Shown: positions 1 through 5,592 of the stretch, piece by piece
Position numbering within the stretch: the stretch's first letter is position 1
Layout of the letters: every line of letters starts with the position of its first letter
From: Octopus sinensis
Lineage: Eukaryota
Assembly (NCBI RefSeq): GCF_006345805.1
Contig: NW_021829576.1
Span: 1-5,947, forward strand
Direction of reading: 5' to 3'
Length of the DNA stretch: 5,947 bases
Notes under the pieces: model-generated
The model's input: the letters and a program-made list of their open reading frames with translations, nothing else
The model's database searches: none
What the model was told of the DNA's origin: nothing
Position numbers and translations under genes: made by a program

Positions 1-80
1 ATGTATTTTGGGGTGGGAGAGGTAGAAGAAGATAAAATTTTTTTTTTTCTGTTTTTGGCTGAGGTTCTATGACAATGCAA

Positions 81-97
81 ATAGATAGATAGATAGG

Positions 98-173
<76 letters not shown>

Positions 174-212
174 CATACATACATACATACATACATACAT
201 ACATACATACAT
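81..212. repeat. Compound tetranucleotide microsatellite (ATAG)23 followed by (ACAT)10
   Basis: ATAG units at 81-172 with one GTAG variant at 97-100, then ACAT units at 173-212. It ends at the TA next to the MITE. Confidence 0.98.
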
Positions 213-213
213 A

Positions 214-576
214 CAGGGTGATTCAAAAGTTTCCCTACATCGGAAAAAAATATTCTTTTATAAGAAACAGTTTAGAAGATCCCCTAGATCCCCTAATTTT
301 ACCCCTCTTAATTTCTATCTCTGGAGGCATTTGAAAGGCACGGTGTATCGCGGAAAGATAAACGACCTAAACCATTTGAAGGGACGCATCACCAACTCCT
401 TTGCACACGTATGTCCTATACGAGTTCACAATAAGTGGGGTAAACGTGTTGCAATGTGTATTCAAAGCAATGGTAACCATATAGAGCCTGTTAAATAAAA
501 AAAAAACTTTTCTTATAAACTGTTTCTTATAAAAAGATAAATTATTGCTATGTATGGCGACTTTTAAATCACTCTG
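214..576 (+). mobile_element. Non-autonomous IS630-Tc1-mariner MITE (363 bp) with bipartite TIRs of about 66 bp
   Basis: Left end CAGGGTGATTCAAAAGTTTCCCTACAT (214-240) matches the reverse complement of 550-576, CAGAGTGATTTAAAAGTCGCCATACAT, at 22/27. A second block at 260-279 matches the reverse complement of 511-530 at 19/20, in ungapped register. TA on both sides (212-213, 577-578). A transposase C-terminus lies inside. Confidence 0.92.
283..498 (+). pseudogene. C-terminal remnant of a Tc1/mariner-superfamily transposase (PRSPDLxPxDF type, resembling DD37D/DD41D groups)
   Basis: Frame +1 reads PRSPNFTPLNFYLWRHLKGTVYRGKINDLNHLKGRITNSFAHVCPIRVHNKWGKRVAMCIQSNGNHIEPVK*. This fits the PRSPDLTPLDFYLWG...RxxxCxxxNGxHxE terminus. 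Both motif Asp codons read AAT (Asn) and there is no start codon, so it is inactive. Not in the ORF track. Confidence 0.85.
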
Positions 577-590
577 TATATATATATGCT

Positions 591-887
591 GGAGGCACAT
601 GGTCTAGTAGTTAGAGCAGCGGACTCGTGGCCAAAGGATCGCGGGTTCGAATCTCAGACCGGGTAATGTGTGTCTTATTGAGCGAAACACCTAAGCTCCA
701 CGCGGCTCCGGCAGAACGTAAAGACGAACTTCTGTTGACTCTTTCGCCACAACTTTCTCTCTTTCCTCCTGCATCATGCTCACCAGCGACGGACCGGTGT
801 CCCGTCCAGGTGGGGAACCTATACGCCAAGGAAACCGGGAAACCGGCCCTATGAGCCAGGCATGGCTCGAGAAGGAACAAACAACAA
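591..887 (+). mobile_element. tRNA-derived SINE, family A, apparently full length
   Basis: A box TGGTCTAGTAG (600-610) and B box GGTTCGAATC (644-653). 3' stem-loop GAGCCA-GGCA-TGGCTC (853-868), then an (A/C)-rich tail AACAAACAACAA. TA runs on both sides. The central GGACCGGTGTCCCGTCCAGG...GAAACCGGG resembles the Meta-SINE domain as I recall it (unverified). Confidence 0.88.
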
Positions 888-1219
888 TATATATATAAGG
901 TGTATTTCGTTAGGAACGTATTAGAGTACAAAATAGAGCTCGTTCACCCTTAGAATTACCGAATAGCTGGTAGTATTACGGTATACATCCAAATCTAGGT
1001 TTAAGCATTCTTCGTGTTAGCATCGAAGTCGATGGTTTTGTTTCTAACGGGGATAGGAAATGTATATCACCTGAAGAAATACAACTGAAAACCGTTATAC
1101 AGGTAAACCGTTGCATAATTGAAATCCTGTAAATATGAAGATCTATGTTGTATGGAACTTGTGCAGTGATTATTAAATAACAGTCTAATCGTGCTCCTTC
1201 TTTTGACACTATCTTATTC

Positions 1220-1223
<4 letters not shown>

Positions 1224-1294
<71 letters not shown>
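1224..1294. repeat. Compound microsatellite (TA)n followed by (GA)13
   Basis: Imperfect TA run at 1224-1268, GA run at 1269-1294. Confidence 0.97.
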
Positions 1295-1298
<4 letters not shown>

Positions 1299-1304
1299 GG
1301 TGTA

Positions 1305-1691
1305 GGGCGCAGGAGTGTGTGCATGGTAATTAGCTTCCTTACCAACCGCATGGTTGGGGTTCAGTCCCACTGCGTGGAAACTTAGGCAAGAATCTTCTAT
1401 AACCTCGTGCCGACCAAAGCCTTGTGAGTGGATTTCGTAGACGGAAACTGAAAGAAGCTCGTCGTATATATATATATGCATATGTTTCTGTGTCTGCGTT
1501 TGTCTCCTCCCTCCACCACAACATCGCTTCACAAGCGATGCTGGTGTGTTTACGTCCCCGTAACTTAGCGGTCCGTCAAAAGAGATTGCGATTATAAGTA
1601 CTAGGCTTTCAAAGAATAAGTCCTGGGATTGAATTGCTCGACTAAAGGCCATGCTCCAGCATGGCCGCAGTCAAATGAATGAAACAAAAAA
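1305..1691 (+). mobile_element. tRNA-derived SINE, family B, with CORE-like block and internal microsatellite (octopus OR-like), near full length
   Basis: B-box-like GGTTCAGTCCC (1358-1368), then AACTTAGGCAAG (CORE-like CCTTGGGCAAG). Internal (TA)n at 1465-1477. A-rich end TGAAACAAAAAA. A second copy lies on the minus strand at 1918-2057 (39/41 identity between 1418-1458 and 1928-1968). Confidence 0.87.
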
Positions 1692-1695
1692 TACT

Positions 1696-1764
1696 ATACA
1701 TATATATATATGTAATATATATATATATATATATCTATATATATATATATAATATATATATATA
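1696..1764. repeat. Imperfect (TA)n microsatellite
   Basis: TA run with a few interruptions. Confidence 0.95.
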
Positions 1765-1883
1765 GGCCTGGTCGCTTAGCCAGCGGGGTGGCGTCATTTG
1801 AAGGCTAAAGCAATGCGAAGCGCATTGTGACCAGCTATGTGTAGAAACATCTGATAGCCTGGTCGGTCACGGTGATCACGGTG

Positions 1884-1884
<1 letters not shown>
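1765..1884 (+). mobile_element. Probable 5'-truncated retroposon 3' end
   Basis: 120-bp GC-rich island between two TA runs, ending in tandem TCACGGTGA x2 (1867-1884). No Pol III boxes. It resembles an octopus repeat tail from memory; strand is tentative. Confidence 0.45.
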
Positions 1885-1915
<31 letters not shown>

Positions 1916-1917
1916 TA
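1885..1917. repeat. (TA)n microsatellite, probably the internal microsatellite of the minus-strand family-B SINE
   Basis: It sits where the family-B copy at 1305 has its internal TA run (just after GAAAGAAGC). Confidence 0.9.
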
Positions 1918-2057
1918 CAAACTACAGGCTTCTTTCAGTTTCCGTCTACCAAATCCCCTCACAAGGCTCTAGTAGAAGACTCTTGACCAAGGTGCCGTGC
2001 AGTAGGATTGAATCCGGAGCCATGTGGTTAGGAAACTAGCTTCTTAACACTACTGCA
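1918..2057 (-). mobile_element. Family-B SINE, 5' half only
   Basis: Reverse complement reads ...AACCACATGGCTCCGGATTCAATCCTACTGCACGGCACCTTGGTCAAGAGTCTTCTACTAGAGCCTTGTGAGGGGATTTGGTAGACGGAAACTGAAAGAAGC. It is collinear with 1340-1458 except for a gap of about 15 nt. No 3' half is found beyond the TA run. Confidence 0.88.
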
Positions 2058-2352
2058 ATATTAAATATTTCAAAATTAAAAGCCCTTTTAATGACAAGAA
2101 ACGATAATCTCTGTTCAGGATTAAGCTTGTCCATCACCAAGATTGGTTTGTTTGCTCTACTTTTTAATTGTTTTTAATTGAAAAGCGTTCGGCTGTGAGT
2201 CAGAAGTGACGCGAGGATAACGTTATGAAGTCATTCCTCCTACACATCACGTGATTGAGTGATTGAAAGCAAATAGAATTTGACTTGCATGAAATAAAAT
2301 TGCCTTCAGCGAAGGAAAACATTTCAAATATATTGTTGCTATAAATATTATT

Positions 2353-2569
2353 GGCTCACTGGAAGAATTCTTAACGCGCCTGGCGAAATGTTTAGCAGGC
2401 ATTTTGTCCGTCATTGCGTTCTGAGATCAAATTCATCCGAGTTCAACTTTGCCTTTCATCTTTTCGGGATTAATAAAATAATTACCAGTTGAACACTGAG
2501 GTCGATGTACTCGACTCATCCCCTCCCCAAAAATTACTGCCCTCTCAGCAAAATTCGATACCATTGTTA

Positions 2570-2571
<2 letters not shown>
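2353..2571 (+). mobile_element. Family-C tRNA-derived SINE, old diverged copy
   Basis: Collinear with 5363-5530: GGCGAAATG, TTCTGAGATCAAATTC, ACTTTGCCTTTCATCTTTTCGGG, ACCAGTT...CACTGAGGTCGATGTACTCGACT. It has a different 3' tail and ends in (ATT)n. Confidence 0.85.

Positions 2572-2607
<36 letters not shown>
2572..2607. repeat. (ATT)12 microsatellite
   Basis: Perfect 36-nt ATT run. Confidence 0.98.
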
Positions 2608-2937
2608 GAGTGAGAGAGTTGTACATGCCATTAAGGTGACACTGGGGTAAAATATACGAAGCCCAGTATACTCATAACTACCCGTCTGATAAGGGTACAC
2701 CAGGCGCATGCGTCACAACCACATGTACGCGATATGGTAATCTCATACCAAGATAAACAGCAGATAACCTTGTAAGTGGAGCCTAGTCAGAATTTCCTTG
2801 AGGTCGAGTAGACCATCTCGCTCAAAAGGTCCATGAATAAGAGTTGCTTAAGGATGTTGAACGAACCACCCACATTTCCAAATGTGAATTATCCAAACCC
2901 CTAAAGAATTCTTCTTAACACATCGCTATAATGCTCC
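2608..2937 (-). mobile_element. Probable interspersed repeat ending in an (AAT)n tail, truncated at its other end
   Basis: On the minus strand it ends ...CTCTCTCACTC and runs directly into (AAT)12. The other end abuts a family-C SINE head. There is no ORF or second copy in the window, so recognition rests on recall of an abundant octopus repeat. Confidence 0.5.
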
Positions 2938-3092
2938 AAGGCGGCGAGCTGGCAGAATCGTCAGCATGCCGGGATCGATAAATCTTTTCGGGGTCGATAA
3001 ATGAAGTACTACTAAAACACTAGGGTCGATGTAATCGACTAGTCCCTTCTCACTAAATCTCAGCCCTTGTGAATTTAGTAGAAAGGATTATT
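2938..3092 (+). mobile_element. Family-C SINE with a large internal deletion that removes the B box
   Basis: Head AAGGCGGCGAGCTGGCAGAATCGTCAGCATGCCGGG is joined to TCTTTTCGGGGTCGATAAATGAAGTAC...GGGTCGATGTAATCGACT. Tail ends GAAAGGATTATT. Confidence 0.85.
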
Positions 3093-3394
3093 TGTTCTTC
3101 TTGTTTTTGTTGTTGTTGTTATTCACGATGTCGTACACCGATGGTGCGTTTTTGCTTTCTTCACGTCGTTATTACAATATCTTGCCTTTTCCCATTTTCG
3201 TCGTCGTTATCGTCATCATCACCATCTTGGCTATTTAATCTCGTTGTTGTTGCAATGTTTTCCTTGTAACTATTATTGTCGTTGTCGTTGTTGTTGTTGT
3301 TTTTCTGATTCCTGCTGGAATTGTTGTTTTCGAGTTTCTTACTTACATAATTTATTTGTATATCTGTTTATTTATCTCTTTATTTATTTATTTA
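3093..3394. repeat. Decayed trinucleotide low-complexity tract (TTG/GTC/ATC/ATT) ending in (TTTA)n
   Basis: Short TGT/TTG/TCG/TCA runs in register over about 250 nt. TTTA repeats lie near 3367-3394. Confidence 0.8.
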
Positions 3395-3444
3395 AGCCTC
3401 CCCTCTCCATCCGATCCTTTGCTTCCGTTGGTTAATGCTACAGA

Positions 3445-3456
3445 GCCGCCATTTTG
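3445..3456. promoter_or_regulatory. Perfect YY1-type motif GCCGCCATTTTG
   Basis: Exact 12-mer in non-repeat sequence, with an ETS-like core CTTCCG at 3422-3427. Function not demonstrated. Confidence 0.35.
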
Positions 3457-3711
3457 TAGTGCAGTTATCTCTCTTGATCATCAGACTGAAGTGAACACGA
3501 TAAAAATTATTAAATTAGCCTGACAATCCCACTGGAACCATCTTCTTGAAGATGGTTGGGAAAGGATGTGTAGATGTGGTCGGGCCTCGAAGGAGGAAAG
3601 TGGTGAAGGAGGGGGTATTTGTGTGTCTTACATCTTTTATCTACTCCCGCCTCTCTGCAACTTTCCCACCAACCCAACCGAAATAGCACTTACTCACACA
3701 TGCATGTTGCT

Positions 3712-3728
3712 ACACACACACGTACACT

Positions 3729-3785
<57 letters not shown>

Positions 3786-3820
3786 GTATGTTGTATGTAT
3801 GCATGTATGTATGTGTGCGT
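3712..3820. repeat. Compound microsatellite (CA)n-(TA)n-(TATG)n
   Basis: CA run from 3712, TA run at about 3729-3772, TATG run at about 3771-3814. Confidence 0.95.
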
Positions 3821-3893
3821 AGATAGATGCATGTGTGAGTAGAAGCTTGTTAGTTTGCGTTGGATTGGTAGTACCGACGGAGTGCCAATTATA

Positions 3894-4458
3894 TTGGGTT
3901 GTCCGGAAAGTTCATGCCGGTTTATAGTAGCTTACATTTCGACATCTTTTAGAACATGATTGAGTCCATAAAACAGGATTTGACTACACTTCCATTTAGA
4001 GCACAGTTTAAGCTATCTTTTCGTGGAAGAAGGTTTATTTTCCTATAACCTGTGTTAATTCGGTAACCCTTTAAAATAGAAGATAAGAAAGTTCATTTTC
4101 AGCACTTGATGCTTTGGGGACCAGACAAAAATTGCTGCAGCTCGGCTGGGATGTATTACCCCACCCTCCGTATTCACCAGATATTGCTCCTTCGGATTTC
4201 CACTTATTCAGGTCTCTGCAGAATAGTCTTAATGGTAAAAGTTTCAATTCCTTGAATGACGTAAAAAGATACCTTGATGAATTCTTTGCTATGAAACGAA
4301 CTCAATTCTGGGAAGAGGGTCTTTTCAAGTTAAAGGAAAGATGGAGACGCATTGTGCAACAAAATGGTTCATATTTGGTTAATTAAAATTGTAATGGGAA
4401 GTATTTATTGACCCTTTTCTTTCCTTTAAAAATCGGCAGGAACTTTCCGGACAACCCA

Positions 4459-4459
<1 letters not shown>
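3894..4459 (+). mobile_element. Internally deleted mariner (DD34D) element, 566 bp
   Basis: 30-bp TIRs: TTGGGTTGTCCGGAAAGTTCATGCCGGTTT (3894-3923) versus the reverse complement of 4430-4459, 28/30 identical. TA at 3892-3893 on the left; the right flank reads TG then (TA)n. Transposase N- and C-terminal fragments lie inside. Confidence 0.95.
4076..4386 (+). pseudogene. Mariner transposase remnant: 14 N-terminal codons fused out of frame to about 90 C-terminal codons
   Basis: Frame +2 from 4076 reads IEDKKVHFQHLMLW, resembling mariner N-termini with ATA in place of ATG. Frame +1 from 4114 reads LGTRQKLLQLGWDVLPHPPYSPDIAPSDFHLFRSLQNSLNGK...RWRRIVQQNGSYLVN*, which has the HPPYSPDxAPSD motif with the third catalytic Asp. 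Resembles the mellifera subfamily (inference). Confidence 0.93.

Positions 4460-4461
<2 letters not shown>

Positions 4462-4490
<29 letters not shown>
4462..4490. repeat. (TA)n microsatellite
   Basis: Perfect TA run between the mariner right TIR and the SINE D tail. Confidence 0.97.
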
Positions 4491-4493
<3 letters not shown>

Positions 4494-4494
<1 letters not shown>

Positions 4495-4813
4495 GGCACA
4501 CCGTCGGTCACGACTACGAGTGCTCCAGTTAATTCGATCAACGGAACAGCTTGCTCGCGGAATTAACATGTAAGTGGCTGAGTATTCCACAGATACGCGT
4601 ACACTCAACGTAGTTCTAAGGGAGAGTCAGCACGACACGCAACGTGACAAAGCTGGCTCTGATATGCAGGTGCACCTCTTTTTATTGCCAGCTGAGTGAA
4701 CTGGAGTAACACGAAATGATGCGTCTTCCCCAAAGACACAATCCGTCGTCAGATATCGAACTCACATCTCTATGATCGTGAGCCAAATACCCCAATCAAT
4801 TAGCCACTTGCAC
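4494..4813 (-). mobile_element. tRNA-derived CORE-like SINE, family D, diverged full-length copy
   Basis: Minus strand shows an A-box-like TGGCTAATTGA and a B-box-like GAGTTCGATATC (4752-4763). A CORE-like block follows: TTGTGTCTTTGGGGAAGAC...CTCCAGTTCACTCAGCTG. The 3' end reads GACCGACGGTGTGCCA. Confidence 0.8.
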
Positions 4814-5210
4814 ATATATAAGTGTGTGTGTTGTTCTCAAAACAGTGTACAAAAAATTCTTAATCTTTTTTTATTTTTCGATAGAAAATTAAAAATCGTT
4901 TCACATCAGACAATTGTAAGAGATCCTTAAGGATAAAGTGAGGTAATCTCATGAAATCACAACAAATCTGTCATATCATTCACGAATATTACTGGTAAAA
5001 GGCAACCCCAGGATAATTTCTTGCCTGGTCGGTATTTTGATCTACCCGGCACGCGTAGTGGAGGATATGGTAGGGTTGTGTTTTAAAATCCTAAGAGGAC
5101 AAAGAAAACACGTATCTTTCAAAGAGATAGAAGAGCCCAGCATAGGGTCTAGGTCTACCGACAAAAAGCACAGTTTTTTTTTTAGAAAATCACGGTTAGT
5201 GCCCAACAGT

Positions 5211-5300
5211 CCACGGTGGGATTTGATCTTAGAGCATAATAAACTGGAAGAAATTGCGGAAGATATTTTTCAGACGCTCTAGCTATTCTTCTTCCACCTT
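5211..5300 (-). mobile_element. Diverged family-C-like SINE head with no family-C body
   Basis: Reverse complement of 5211-5233, TCTAAGATCAAATCCCACCGTGG, matches 5799-5821, TCTGAGTTCAAATTCCGCCGAGG, at 18/23. Weaker collinear similarity extends back to AAGGTGG at 5300. Confidence 0.55.
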
Positions 5301-5362
5301 GTTTCATCATAATGATTATTATGCAGCAAGCATAATAATAGTATAATAATAATTATTATTAC

Positions 5363-5592
5363 GCGGCAAGCTGGCAGAAACGTTAGCACGCCGGGCGAAA
5401 TGCTGAGCGGTATTTCGTCTGCCGTTACGTTGTGAGTTCAAATTCCGCCGAGGTCGACTTTGCCTTTCATCCTTTCGGGGTCGATAAATTAAGTACCAGT
5501 TACGCACTGGGGTCGATGTAATCGACTTAATACCTATGTCTGTCCTTGTTTGTCCCCTCTGTGTTTAGCCCCTTGTGGTTAATAAAGAAATA
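5363..5592 (+). mobile_element. Family-C tRNA-derived SINE, young copy and first member of the array
   Basis: A-box-like TGGCAGAAACGTTAG and B-box-like GAGTTCAAATTCC. Homologous to the copies at 2353 and 2938. Confidence 0.92.

Noticed and set aside
367-600. 77-aa minus-strand ORF
   Set aside because: It is antisense to the transposase remnant and right TIR of the MITE, with no protein-like features.
591-665. Bona fide tRNA gene
   Set aside because: A and B boxes are present but the acceptor and anticodon stems do not close, and it continues into a SINE body.
611-931. ORFs 611-931 (-) and 627-854 (+)
   Set aside because: They lie almost wholly within SINE A and are incidental open frames in a GC-rich repeat.
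1191-1652. ORFs with IYIYIY or ERERER tracts
   Set aside because: Produced by TA and GA microsatellites and SINE B.
2641-2700. Possible hammerhead ribozyme (CTGATAA in the loop of TACCC/GGGTA). Also checked CTGAAGA at 1071 and minus-strand CTGATGA at 3478-3484.
   Set aside because: None has the full CUGANGA / stem II / GAAA / stem III / UH arrangement. I found no ribozyme core in the 184-bp unit either. An Infernal or RNAMotif scan would settle it.
3554-3680. G-quadruplex or long purine/pyrimidine hairpin
   Set aside because: Mostly GG tracts with long loops, and only scattered 6-8 bp complementary patches.
3069-3826. Cys-, Val-, Ser- or Tyr/Ile-rich ORFs (3069, 3244, 3566, 3619)
   Set aside because: Translations of low-complexity and microsatellite DNA, which is poor in stop codons.
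5023-5033. GCCTGGTCGGT identical to 1857-1867
   Set aside because: A few 11-mer matches are expected by chance in 6 kb, and the flanks do not align.
5037-5507. ORFs 5037-5282 (+) and 5319-5507 (-)
   Set aside because: They overlap SINE heads in antisense, with no recognisable domain.
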